This document shows, piece by piece, positions 36,833 to 46,025 of a stretch of DNA of 64,000 nucleotides (within the stretch, counting starts at the first letter, position 1; each line of letters starts with the position of its first letter). Made by a program: the position numbers and the translations under genes. Origin of the DNA: a virus; the IMG/VR virus record IMGVR_UViG_3300036823_000160, positions 1-64,000 of that record, one strand, 5' to 3'. Under the pieces are notes generated by a model. The model saw nothing but the letters and a program-made list of their open reading frames with translations, was not told where the DNA came from and did not search any database.

Positions 36833-37251
36833 ACGGCGCTGCGATCTTCAGCCCGTGCGGGACCTGGCGCTTCCGCCTGACCCGCGAGTGGGATACGAGC
36901 GCGCCGCCTGCGGTGATCATCGGCGCGAACCCGTCCACGGCGACGGGCGAAGAGGATGACGCGACGATCCGACTCGAGACCAGTATCCTGAAGCGCTGGG
37001 GCTTCGGCTCGTATGTGAAGCTCAATGCGTACGCGTTCAAGGCCACGCTACGCGACGTGCCGTACGCAATCGCGATCGCGGCTTGGGGCGCGATCCCGAA
37101 GCTACCGTGCGTGAACATGATCTTGGCGGTCGCCCGACTGGCTGGTGTGGACCTACACGCATTCGGGATCAACCCGTCCGGCACGCCATGGCACCCGCTC
37201 TACAAGCCGATCGCGGCGCGGCCGGTGCTGTGGAAGGGGGCCGCGTCATGA
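36829..37251 (+). CDS. DUF1643-family protein
   Basis: FSPCGTWR..L.R.W, NPSTA..DD.T, AAWG, G.P.HPLY. Confidence 0.85.
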   Translation: MNGAAIFSPCGTWRFRLTREWDTSAPPAVIIGANPSTATGEEDDATIRLETSILKRWGFGSYVKLNAYAFKATLRDVPYAIAIAAWGAIPKLPCVNMILAVARLAGVDLHAFGINPSGTPWHPLYKPIAARPVLWKGAAS

Positions 37252-37433
37252 TGCCGTTTCGACACACGCTCTATATCCAGGCGCTGCTCGTGTGTGCGTA
37301 CGCGGCCGGGATCCGCCAGAACGGCCGCGACTACACCGGGATCCCGTGGTGGGGTGATCTGCTGTTCGGGGTCGTACTGTTCGCGATCGCGATCGGGCTC
37401 GAGTGGCGTGCGCTCGGCAAGGCGAGACGATGA
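37248..37433 (+). CDS. small two-TM membrane protein
   Basis: Two hydrophobic segments; coupled overlaps. Confidence 0.55.
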   Translation: MMPFRHTLYIQALLVCAYAAGIRQNGRDYTGIPWWGDLLFGVVLFAIAIGLEWRALGKARR

Positions 37434-37675
37434 AGCGCGTACTCGAGCTTCCCGAGGGCTGGGTCACCCAGGAACTCTGGCTTGGCAAATCCGATTGCGT
37501 GGTCCTACACGCGCCCAACCTCGGGTACGTGACCATCGACTTCACCAGGCGCAATTTCGCTATCGGCTCGTCCGCGTATGTACCTTGGGTCAGCGAGACC
37601 AAGCGACTCAAGGGGCGCGGCTGGTTGCAGAAGTTAGTCGCGGACGCGGTCGCGACGCTGCGTAAGGCGTCGTGA
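37430..37675 (+). CDS. hypothetical protein
   Basis: Coupled overlaps. Confidence 0.6.
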   Translation: MKRVLELPEGWVTQELWLGKSDCVVLHAPNLGYVTIDFTRRNFAIGSSAYVPWVSETKRLKGRGWLQKLVADAVATLRKAS

Positions 37676-38025
37676 GCCAGCGCGGCGCCGTGTTCACGAT
37701 CTCGGTCCGGCTCGACGACGAGTCGCCGGACACCGCGACGCGGTTCGCGACCTGCGACAAGTGCGGTCAGGAGCTGACCGCGGCGATGCACGATCCCGTG
37801 TCGGTGATCAGTATCCCGAACCTGGAGAGAATGGTGGCTCGGGAACCAGCACGCGTCGTCGCGATCAGGAAGCTGGTCGACACCGCGTTCGAGCGGGCGC
37901 GCTCGACCCGGATGCCGATCGTTATCGACAGTGCGTACGAGGTCCGGCAACTCAACTCCGCCGGGCTCATGCAGGAAATCCTGCGCGAGCACGCGGTGAA
38001 GTGCTCGGTCCCCGTCGCGGGTTGA
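37672..38025 (+). CDS. hypothetical protein
   Basis: Coupled start. Confidence 0.6.
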   Translation: MSQRGAVFTISVRLDDESPDTATRFATCDKCGQELTAAMHDPVSVISIPNLERMVAREPARVVAIRKLVDTAFERARSTRMPIVIDSAYEVRQLNSAGLMQEILREHAVKCSVPVAG

Positions 38026-38148
38026 GGCCGCGATGCCCAAGCAAGACTGGACCGTGCTGCCCTACTCGTTCGCCCTCCCGTTCAGAGGTGAACGCATCGA
38101 GATCGTGTTCAACCAGGCCCGTGAGCTGCTCGCCGTGCACGAGGTCGC

Positions 38149-38376
38149 GTGACCGTACGCGACAAGTCCCTATCCGTCGCCGAGCTTCTCGAACTGGTCA
38201 GAGCACTCCCCGAGCCCACGCCGCGCGAACGTGAGCAGCAGGCGCTCTCGTTCGCGTACGGTAACCTGGCTGCCAGCACGAATCACAAGCCGTCGCGCGC
38301 CGCCTTTGCCAAGCTCGCGAGCGAGCGCTACGGCTGGTCGGAGTGGGCGGCGGACCTGACCTGGCCGGATCTCTGA
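38149..38376 (+). CDS. hypothetical protein (EREQQALSFAYGN motif)
   Basis: Coding-like; TGATG coupling. Confidence 0.6.
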   Translation: MTVRDKSLSVAELLELVRALPEPTPREREQQALSFAYGNLAASTNHKPSRAAFAKLASERYGWSEWAADLTWPDL

Positions 38377-38741
38377 TGGGTCGCTCCATCCTCAAATTCG
38401 ACACGCCAGCGGGTCCTCGCTACCTAGAGTGGTCATCTATCGTGGACGCGCCGATCACGTCCGGCATGACGCTCGCGATGTTCCGCCGCTACTACAAGGC
38501 CGAGTACGGGAACGAGGGCATGCGGACGCTCGATGAACGCCTCGCGCGCGCGAACAAGAACGGCACCAGCGCGTTCGGTTACGACGACGAGCCATCGCTT
38601 GAGTCCACGGTCCTGTGCAATCGCGCAGGCGCAGGCGAGTCACGTATGACCGTGCAGCAGATCGCGGACTGGTACTGCGTCAATCGCGACGATTACACCA
38701 GGGACCTTCCCGTCGGCGAGTGGCCGTACGAGGACGAGTAA
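38376..38741 (+). CDS. conserved phage hypothetical protein
   Basis: YLEWSSIVDAP..GM, RL.RA..GTS, NRAG. Confidence 0.7.
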   Translation: MGRSILKFDTPAGPRYLEWSSIVDAPITSGMTLAMFRRYYKAEYGNEGMRTLDERLARANKNGTSAFGYDDEPSLESTVLCNRAGAGESRMTVQQIADWYCVNRDDYTRDLPVGEWPYEDE

Positions 38742-38762
38742 CCTCGATCGTCGTGGTCTGGC

Positions 38763-38789
38763 GAAAGCGCTGGCCCGCGCCCTGGGGTT
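38763..38789 (+). promoter_or_regulatory. ECF-type promoter (GAAAGC-N18-GTT)
   Basis: GTG 38799 is 9 nt downstream. Confidence 0.7.
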
Positions 38790-38798
38790 CACGTGCTC

Positions 38799-39032
38799 GT
38801 GGCCGACACCAAGAGCGATGACACGACCGAGCGCGGATGGCTGATCGAACGCGGCGACTCGGAGGAATCGCGCCCGAGATACTGGGCCGGTCCCGGTAAC
38901 TGGTGGACCTACGACTCGCTCCAGGCCGTGCGCTTCGCGCGCGCGGCCGACGCGCACCGGGTCGTGAAGCTGCTCACGACCGACGGGCCGGCGTATCGCG
39001 TGGCCGAGCACGTGTGGGGGCTCGCGCGATGA
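38799..39032 (+). CDS. hypothetical protein
   Basis: WLIE..W..A.RFAR..DA..EH.W pattern. Confidence 0.65.
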   Translation: MADTKSDDTTERGWLIERGDSEESRPRYWAGPGNWWTYDSLQAVRFARAADAHRVVKLLTTDGPAYRVAEHVWGLAR

Positions 39033-39523
39033 GGGCGCTCACCCTAATCCAGCCGATGTCTTGGGCGATCGTCTCGGGCACCAAGCGCATCGAGAACCGC
39101 CCAACGAACTTGCCGCGTGCGATGCGCAGCGGCGAGACCGTAGTCGTCGTTCACGCCGGCAAGAAGTGGAGCGACACGTACGCGAACGCGGTCGGCAGAA
39201 TCATGGGCGTGACCGAGGTCGGGTTTGTCGAGGGCGGCGGACTCGTTGGGCTCATGTTGCTCACGGGCCGCGTGTTCGACCGACACGAGGACCCGTGGTT
39301 CTCCGGCCCGTACGGATACGAGATCAAGCGGGCGATCGCGTTCGACGAACCGATCCCGTGCCGCGGCCTGCAGGGGTTTTGGCCGGTCCCCGATAGCATC
39401 GTCTGGGACAAGCGTGTCCAGCGCGCAGTTCATGAGCTCTGCGAGACCGTGTGGCCGTGCCCGGTATGCCACTCGCCCGAGTTATGTGAGTCGAAGTGTC
39501 CGGTCGCGCCGTGGAACACGTGA
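39029..39523 (+). CDS. ASCH-domain protein
   Basis: MRALTLIQP..WAI..G.K.IENR, HAGK, PCRG.QG.W. Confidence 0.85.
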   Translation: MRALTLIQPMSWAIVSGTKRIENRPTNLPRAMRSGETVVVVHAGKKWSDTYANAVGRIMGVTEVGFVEGGGLVGLMLLTGRVFDRHEDPWFSGPYGYEIKRAIAFDEPIPCRGLQGFWPVPDSIVWDKRVQRAVHELCETVWPCPVCHSPELCESKCPVAPWNT

Positions 39524-39645
39524 TGCGCTTCCTCGCGATCATCCCGCTCGCGCTGTTCGTCGTCGTGACCTCGGCGCTGGTCTGGGTCCTAGGGCTCGTC
39601 AGCACGCCCTATGGTGACCTCGACGGCTGGGACTGGTGGAAGTGA
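39523..39645 (+). CDS. small single-TM protein
   Basis: 40 aa, hydrophobic, coupled at both ends. Confidence 0.5.
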   Translation: MRFLAIIPLALFVVVTSALVWVLGLVSTPYGDLDGWDWWK

Positions 39646-40516
39646 CCTCGCGGCTGGCACCGATGCTCGTCGCGGGTCTCCGCGCGTGCGCCGCGTGGCC
39701 GAAGCGCCAGTCCGTGTACGACCCGAGCAACGTCACGTTCACGTTTAACGGCGTCGAGATCCAGGGATACCCTAGCGAGGGCTTCATCGGGGTCCAGCGC
39801 GGGTTCCAGCGCGTTGGTGACCTCGATCAGGCCGAGCGTGAGGGCCGGCAACGATTCACGTCCACGGTTGGGCGCCCCCAAAAGACCGGGCCGAGCTGTT
39901 AGCGTGGCTGTTCGACTCGTCGTCCGTCTACGCGTATCAGGCTCTGGTCGGCACCGCGGCGCACGGTTTCCACAGCGGGCTGGTTGACCGATGGGCCTGC
40001 ACGTGCGTCGGCGCGACCTGGTGGGGTGACGAGCGCCGGTGCCTGTATTGCGGCGAGTCGCGTGCGACGAGTTGGCTGCGCTCGTTCAAGATCGATGGCC
40101 GGCACGCTATCACCGTCCAAGAGTATGACGAGAGCGCGTTCCTAAACGAGATCACGGCCGCGAAGGTGTACCTGGACGTTGGCGCGATCTCGGCCGACGA
40201 GGTCAGCGATTGGCAGTTCAAGGCCAGGTCCAAACCGAGCGCGGCCGGGAGTCGGTTCGACGCCTTGCAGGTCCGCGAGCTGCTCGACGTCGCTCTCGAG
40301 CTCGGCCGGCGCTGGCGCGCGCTCGCGGCGCGCCCGGTGTCGCGGCGCACATCCGCCTCGCGTTCGGCGCGACGCGCGCTTGAGGGTTGGTGCCGCGCGG
40401 CGCACACCGCACTTGTGCGCCGGTCCGTGGGCCTGACCGAACTCGTCGATGGGCAAAACGTGCCTGTGGACCTAACCATCGAGCTCGATCGGATGCTGAC
40501 CGAGGGCGCGGCGTGA
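39642..40516 (+). pseudogene. frameshifted gene (-1 between 39842 and 39899) with tail-tube-like N-terminal segment
   Basis: ORF 39642-39902 overlaps a frame open from 39842 to 40516 that has no ATG/GTG/TTG until 40166. Confidence 0.5.
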
Positions 40517-40773
40517 TCGGGGCACCCGGGAGGGCGCCCTGCGGACACCGCGGCGAGCACCTGACCACGAACTACGTCCGGTGCATCGAGGGCTGCGAGG
40601 ACCTGTCGAGCGGCGTCCCGCTAACCGCCAAGGACTCGACCACGCGCCCGATCTGTTCGCACTGTGGCTCCGGCGACGTCCTGGTCTACCGCGGGTTCAC
40701 CGTCGAGGGTATGGACCTGTGGCACTGCAAGGGGTGCCTCAAGTCGTTCAAGGTCAAGACGCGCGCGAGTTGA
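40513..40773 (+). CDS. Zn-ribbon protein
   Basis: CSHCGS..WHCKGC. Confidence 0.6.
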   Translation: MIGAPGRAPCGHRGEHLTTNYVRCIEGCEDLSSGVPLTAKDSTTRPICSHCGSGDVLVYRGFTVEGMDLWHCKGCLKSFKVKTRAS

Positions 40774-40948
40774 GCAACCGCCGCGCGTCGCGGCCGATAC
40801 AGGCGCGTGATCGTGCTCCCGCTAGAGTCCGTGCTCTGGATCGCCGCGCTCGCCGCGTGTGTACACGACACCCGAGCGCACTTCGACGGTGAGCTCGCAC
40901 TCCTGGCCGAGCGGCTGCTCGGGCGGTGGAGACCGCGAGCACGGGCGT

Positions 40949-40975
40949 GAAAGCCGCCGGCGGCGGGGACGGGTT
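40949..40975 (+). promoter_or_regulatory. ECF-type promoter (GAAAGC-N18-GTT)
   Basis: ATG 40985 is 9 nt downstream. Confidence 0.7.
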
Positions 40976-40984
40976 CGAGCGAGC

Positions 40985-41239
40985 ATGGGTGAATTGAACT
41001 TCGTCGTGTTCGTCGGTGCGCACGGCACCGGCAAGATCTGGCTCGCGAATTACGTCCAGTCCGAGTTCGTGGACATCATCGATGACTGGGACCCGGTGCT
41101 CGAGCTTCGCAATCCACGGACACGGACGCCCGGACACAGGGTGGTCGCGTGCACGAATGTGCCGATCTCGATGTGGCCGACCGATATCTACGAACGCGTC
41201 CGCGCGCAAGGCAAGATCTACGTCGTGGCCGAGGTCTGA
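40985..41239 (+). CDS. miniature P-loop protein
   Basis: GAHGTGK, IIDD and ACTN within 84 aa. Confidence 0.55.
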   Translation: MGELNFVVFVGAHGTGKIWLANYVQSEFVDIIDDWDPVLELRNPRTRTPGHRVVACTNVPISMWPTDIYERVRAQGKIYVVAEV

Positions 41240-41263
41240 AAGCACACCTGCCACACGCGGGTT
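41238..41263 (+). promoter_or_regulatory. ECF-type promoter (GAAAGC-N17-GTT)
   Basis: Followed by a leader with AGGAG. Confidence 0.7.
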
Positions 41264-41293
41264 CTCGCTCCTGAATCAACCAGGAGCAGGATC

Positions 41294-41635
41294 ATGAGTT
41301 GGAGCGTGTACGCGACCGGGCCCAAGGCCACGGTCATCGAATCGATCACCAATAACTTCGACACTCAGGCCGCGAACTACACCGGCGAGCGCGAGCGGGA
41401 GGGCAAGGACATCCTCGCCTGCAAGGAGCGCGTGCTCGCGTTGATCGAGGACCTCGACCTCGAGCCGAACGAGTACTCGCCCCAGGGCTACGAGGTCGCC
41501 ATCTCGTGCCACGGCTCGCACTCGACGTCGTACACGCACAAGGGGCCGAACGACCCCGCGGACTCGAGCAAGCTGATGAGCGCGAGCTTCAACTGCGCGG
41601 TCGCGCGCAAGGCGATCCCACTCGTCGCCGACTGA
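41294..41635 (+). CDS. hypothetical protein
   Basis: SD AGGAG; MSWSV start. Confidence 0.7.
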   Translation: MSWSVYATGPKATVIESITNNFDTQAANYTGEREREGKDILACKERVLALIEDLDLEPNEYSPQGYEVAISCHGSHSTSYTHKGPNDPADSSKLMSASFNCAVARKAIPLVAD

Positions 41636-41660
41636 AAGCGCGCGGGTACGCGAGCGGGTT
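41634..41660 (+). promoter_or_regulatory. ECF-type promoter (GAAAGC-N18-GTT)
   Basis: ATG 8 nt downstream. Confidence 0.7.
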
Positions 41661-41668
41661 CGGTCGCG

Positions 41669-41893
41669 ATGAGCACCCAGCATCTGAACAACGCACTCGT
41701 CCTCGTCAATAACGACGCCAAGTGCGACCTGTCCCTGACCCCGAACGTCTTGGTCCCCGAGACGACGAATATCACGGTCTCGGACTTCACCCACGGCACG
41801 ACCGAGTTTTTCATCGCCGGGCCGTCGGATCTGATCAAGATCCGGGACTGGCTCGATGCTCGGATCACCGAACTCGATCTCGGGCCGGAGTAG
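41669..41893 (+). CDS. hypothetical protein
   Basis: ORF after the promoter. Confidence 0.6.
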   Translation: MSTQHLNNALVLVNNDAKCDLSLTPNVLVPETTNITVSDFTHGTTEFFIAGPSDLIKIRDWLDARITELDLGPE

Positions 41894-41896
41894 CTC

Positions 41897-43207
41897 GTGG
41901 GCGAGCTCCGCGTACTTCTCGAACATGCGCGCTGCGCGTTGTTCACGGGCGACTCGGCCGACCTCGGCCAGGTGCTGCCCGATAACTCCGTCGACGCGTT
42001 GCTGACCGACCCACCCTCGGCCATGAGCTTCATGGCCCGGAAGTGGGATTCGGATCGCGGCGGCCGCGATGAGTGGGTGAGGTGGCTCGCGCGCACGCTC
42101 GAGCCCTCCTACCGCGCGCTCAAACCGGGCGCGCACGGCGCGTGCTGGGCGATCCCGCGGACCTCGCACTGGGCCGCGCTCGCACTCGAGTTCGTCGGAT
42201 TCGAGATCCGTGACGTGCACCACGACTTGCTCACGGTCGACGGCCTTGTCGACGCCTTCGTCGCGACGCTGGACGACACGCAGCGCGCCGCGTTCGATCG
42301 GCTGCTCTCGTCGCAGGTCGAGCCGATCGTCTATCACCTGTTTGGTCAAGGCTTCCCGAAGTCGCTCACGTCCGCGAGCGCGAACATCCCGAGCACGGAA
42401 GGGACCGCGCTCAAGCCTGCCGCCGAGCACTGGATCATCGTTCGGAAGCCGCTCGGCAAGCTGACGGTGGCCGAGTGCCGCGCGAAGTACGGGACCGGGA
42501 CGCTCGGCATTGACGCGTGCCGTGGTGCGTCGGAGCACAGCGCTGATCGCGGCGACGACGAGCGCACATACGCGAACGATGATCGCGCGCTCCACGTGAC
42601 ACCGGGACCGCGCGGTGGCGCGGCCGCGGGACGATGGCCGGCACACCTGTCCCTGGATGAGGGCGTGGCCGAGATCCTCGACGCACAGGCTGGCGAGCTG
42701 CGCAGCGGCGCGTTAGCGGCTGGAACACCCCGCGGCGAGAACCAGATCTTCGGGAAGGCACCGGGGACCGCCGCGACCCTGACCGACATCAAGTCGTCGC
42801 GCGGCGGCGCGAGCCGGTACTTCTACGTACGCAAACCGACGCGCAAGGAGAAGGAGTTCGGCCTCGAGCACCTGGTGCCCCGCGGCGGCGGCGAAGCCAC
42901 CGGCCGCCCCGAGGGCTCGGCCGGCACCAAGAACGCGCGCGCGGGCGCGGGCCGCACCGGCGGCGCACGCAATATTCATCCGACCGTCAAGAGCGTCGAA
43001 CTGATGCGGTGGCTGATCGAACTCATCGCACCTAACAAGGACGCCACGGTGATCGATCCGTTCGCTGGATCGGGATCGACCGCGGTCGCCGCGCTCGAGT
43101 CCGGGCGCTCGTTCGTCGGCTGCGAACTCGGTGGCGACAACGGTGAGTACCTACCCGTGCTCGAGGGTCGCGTTCGCCACGCGCTCGGGCTGCCGGCGAC
43201 GCTGTGA
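41897..43207 (+). CDS. beta-class N4/N6 DNA methyltransferase
   Basis: NSVDALLTDPPS (variant of DPPY), GFPKS, GRWPA, HPTVK, DPFAGSGST. Confidence 0.9.
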   Translation: MGELRVLLEHARCALFTGDSADLGQVLPDNSVDALLTDPPSAMSFMARKWDSDRGGRDEWVRWLARTLEPSYRALKPGAHGACWAIPRTSHWAALALEFVGFEIRDVHHDLLTVDGLVDAFVATLDDTQRAAFDRLLSSQVEPIVYHLFGQGFPKSLTSASANIPSTEGTALKPAAEHWIIVRKPLGKLTVAECRAKYGTGTLGIDACRGASEHSADRGDDERTYANDDRALHVTPGPRGGAAAGRWPAHLSLDEGVAEILDAQAGELRSGALAAGTPRGENQIFGKAPGTAATLTDIKSSRGGASRYFYVRKPTRKEKEFGLEHLVPRGGGEATGRPEGSAGTKNARAGAGRTGGARNIHPTVKSVELMRWLIELIAPNKDATVIDPFAGSGSTAVAALESGRSFVGCELGGDNGEYLPVLEGRVRHALGLPATL

Positions 43208-43560
43208 CCTCGACCGAGCGAAGCCGGCGCCGGCGCGCGCTCATGACGCCGGCCCAGCGCACAGGGTACCAGTCCAAGTACGCGAAGAAGCGGCGCCTCG
43301 ATCTCGTGAAGCTACTCTCGTTGGACGGCAGGTGTGCGCGGTGCGGAGAAGTGTTCGAGCACGAGCACCTGACCGTGAACCACGTCGACGGGATCGACTG
43401 GGATCACAACGAGGTCAACCAGCAGCGCCGCTACGCGCGGTACTGGCGCGAGCACGCGAGCGGCGTCCGGCTCAACGCGCTGTGTGGCGCGTGCAACAGC
43501 TCCGACGGGAACAGGTTCCGCGACCAGAACGAGATCGCCACCGACGAGATCCCATTCTAG
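43204..43560 (+). CDS. HNH-like endonuclease
   Basis: CARCG..LTVNHV..LCGACN. Confidence 0.65.
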   Translation: MTSTERSRRRRALMTPAQRTGYQSKYAKKRRLDLVKLLSLDGRCARCGEVFEHEHLTVNHVDGIDWDHNEVNQQRRYARYWREHASGVRLNALCGACNSSDGNRFRDQNEIATDEIPF

Positions 43561-43576
43561 GAATCGACCGCGACGT

Positions 43577-43602
43577 GAAAGCTCGCGAACCATCTCGGGG
43601 TT
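43577..43602 (+). promoter_or_regulatory. ECF-type promoter (GAAAGC-N17-GTT)
   Basis: ATG 12 nt downstream. Confidence 0.65.
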
Positions 43603-43614
43603 TTGCACCTCCGC

Positions 43615-43881
43615 ATGGACAAGTCCCTCCCCAAGCCCGCGACCCGCGAGGCGATCCTCATCTCCGCCGGCCTCACGATCCCCACGCCGACGAAGCACAG
43701 GTTCGTCGATTCGCGGCTCTGTGAACTTCCCGGTCCCGGTGGTGGTCGAGCCATCGAGTTCATCTACGAGTGCCAGGAGACGTTGATGCAGCGTCGGTGG
43801 GGCACGACCTTCGTCCCCGGTGACGATCCGGGAGCGGAGGACAAGGACGCGAACTCGCCCACGAACGGGGCGCTGCCGTGA
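43615..43881 (+). CDS. hypothetical protein
   Basis: After the promoter; coupled to the next gene. Confidence 0.6.
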   Translation: MDKSLPKPATREAILISAGLTIPTPTKHRFVDSRLCELPGPGGGRAIEFIYECQETLMQRRWGTTFVPGDDPGAEDKDANSPTNGALP

Positions 43882-44972
43882 CCGCGCGCGTCCAGCCCCA
43901 CGCCCTTAACCCGTCGCCAGCCTCGGCGCACGTACTCATCTGCTACAAAAACTTCGCCGCGAACAAGGGCCTTAGCCACATCGGGCTCGGCGTCGCCGCG
44001 CTCAACACGTCGCGCACGCTGCGCTCGCTCGGGTATCGCGCCGACGTCGCTGCGGTCAAGTCCGCGGTCGATATCGAGGACCTGATCAAGGCCACCGACG
44101 CCGCAGCGCTCGCGCGCGGCGAACACCCGGTCTCGCACGTGGTGATCTCGGCGCCGTGGATCCCGACCCACGAGCTCCAGGGCCTGCTCATGCGGCACCC
44201 CGACGTCCACTTCGTCGTGGTCTCACACTCGAACGTCGGTTTTCTCATGGCCGATCCGAACGGGATCAAGCTCCTGCGCGACGGCATGGGGCTTTCGCTC
44301 GCACACCACAACTTCATCGTCGCGGGGAACTCGGAAAAGTTCGTGCGCGCGTGGACGGCGATGTACGGGCGCGGGATGCAATGGCTTCCGAATCTGTACG
44401 ACTGCTCGACCATCAAGACGGTCGGCCAGCGTCCGCCCTATCACCCCGGCGCGCCGCTGCGCGTCGGCGTGTTCGGGGCCACGCGCCCGCTCAAGAACAT
44501 GGTCACGAGCGTTGCCGCGTGTGTCGAGCTCGCGAGCGAGCTGCGGGCCGACGTCGAGGTGTGGATGAACACCGGTCGCGACGAGGGTGGAGGCACCGTG
44601 CGCAACGCGGTGAACCAGCTCGTGATCGGGCTCCCGACGGTGCGCATCGTCGAGAGCGGATGGCAGACCTGGCCGAGCTTCCGCTCGGTCGTCGCCAAGA
44701 TGAACGCGCTCATCTCGCCGAGCTACACCGAATCCTTCAACATGGTCACCGCCGACGGAGCCGCGGAGGGCGTCGCCTCGGTCGTGTCCGAGGCGATCGA
44801 CTGGGCGCCCAAGGACTGGGTCGCGAACTCCGACGACGTCGGCGACGTGGCGCGTGTGGTCCGGCGCCTGATCGTGGATCCCCACGCGGTTACCGAAGGT
44901 CAGACCGCGCTGCGCACGTACGTGTCCGCGGGCTCGAAGGAGTGGCGGGCGTACCTCGGCGGTGAGTCGTGA
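43878..44972 (+). CDS. GT-B fold glycosyltransferase (GT4-like)
   Basis: FGATRPLKN, PSYTESFNMVTADG..GV..V.S. Confidence 0.8.
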   Translation: MTARVQPHALNPSPASAHVLICYKNFAANKGLSHIGLGVAALNTSRTLRSLGYRADVAAVKSAVDIEDLIKATDAAALARGEHPVSHVVISAPWIPTHELQGLLMRHPDVHFVVVSHSNVGFLMADPNGIKLLRDGMGLSLAHHNFIVAGNSEKFVRAWTAMYGRGMQWLPNLYDCSTIKTVGQRPPYHPGAPLRVGVFGATRPLKNMVTSVAACVELASELRADVEVWMNTGRDEGGGTVRNAVNQLVIGLPTVRIVESGWQTWPSFRSVVAKMNALISPSYTESFNMVTADGAAEGVASVVSEAIDWAPKDWVANSDDVGDVARVVRRLIVDPHAVTEGQTALRTYVSAGSKEWRAYLGGES

Positions 44973-45772
44973 GCCTGCGCTCGCTCCTAGGCTGGGACGG
45001 GAACTCCCCGACCGCGCTCGGGATCTTGAACAAGATCCTGCGCCCGCTCGCCGGCCGCGCGACCGGGCACGAGACCGCGCGTGACGACACCTGGCACCCG
45101 TGGTGGCACGGTACGCATGCCGGTCGCTGGCACATCTTCGTCTCGCCCGACCAGCCGCTCCTCGCCCGCGCGCTCGGCGCGTTCGCGAACTGGGCGTTGT
45201 CCCAGAACGCGCCGGGGTCGTACGCTGGCGAGGATGATAAGCGCTGGGCGTACACGATCGAGACCGACGGCAACCCATACCTGACGCGGATCCTGTTCCC
45301 TCGCGTGTTCGGGTTCCGTCCGATGCTCCATCGCTTCCACCGCGCGGATCTCGACCGGCACATCCACAACCACCCGTGGGCCCTCGCCTTCTCGTTCATC
45401 CTGTGCGGCTCGTACGTCGAGACCAGGCTCGACGTCGAGGCCGACGCCCTGCTCCATCGGCTCGGTCGGCGCGCGGACCGCGACCCGACCATCACGCGTC
45501 GAGTGCGCTGGTTTAACGTCCTGACGGACGCGGACTACCACAAGGTCGACCGGCTCAACGGCGAGGTCTGGACCCTGTTCGTGACCGGGAAACGCATGCA
45601 GGATTGGGGCTTTCTCGTCGACGGCGAGCACGTGCCGTGGCGCGAATACTTCGCGAAGCGCGAAGGGATCGAGGACGCCAAGGACAAGGTCGAACAAGAG
45701 CGCTACGACCACAACAACGGGTGGTGCGAGGCCGACTGCAAGCTGTGCAGTCCGCAGCGCAAGGGCACCTGA
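44969..45772 (+). CDS. cupin-fold protein
   Basis: LH.F...D.DR..HNHPW, G.Y.E, HKV, WTLF.TG...WGF. Confidence 0.75.
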   Translation: MSLRSLLGWDGNSPTALGILNKILRPLAGRATGHETARDDTWHPWWHGTHAGRWHIFVSPDQPLLARALGAFANWALSQNAPGSYAGEDDKRWAYTIETDGNPYLTRILFPRVFGFRPMLHRFHRADLDRHIHNHPWALAFSFILCGSYVETRLDVEADALLHRLGRRADRDPTITRRVRWFNVLTDADYHKVDRLNGEVWTLFVTGKRMQDWGFLVDGEHVPWREYFAKREGIEDAKDKVEQERYDHNNGWCEADCKLCSPQRKGT

Positions 45773-45990
45773 TGTTCGGCGCAGCCTTGTTCCCAGGATC
45801 CCATTCTAGGCCCACGGTCTCGCTCGAGGACCTCGACACGCCCGCGACCGACGGTGAGATCCGCGTCGAGACCGACGAAGGGCTTAGCAAGCGCGTGCTC
45901 TACGTCGCCGATCCCACGAACGAGATCCACACCGCGTACGGGCGCCAGCTCGACGAGGTCGCCGAGCGCCAGTTACACGACGCGGCCTGA
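45772..45990 (+). CDS. hypothetical protein
   Basis: TGATG coupling. Confidence 0.55.
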   Translation: MFGAALFPGSHSRPTVSLEDLDTPATDGEIRVETDEGLSKRVLYVADPTNEIHTAYGRQLDEVAERQLHDAA

Positions 45991-46015
45991 AAGCGACCGT
46001 CGCCTCGTGCGGGTT
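45989..46015 (+). promoter_or_regulatory. ECF-type promoter (GAAAGC-N18-GTT)
   Basis: ATG 46026 is 10 nt downstream. Confidence 0.7.
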
Positions 46016-46025
46016 CATGGCCGCT

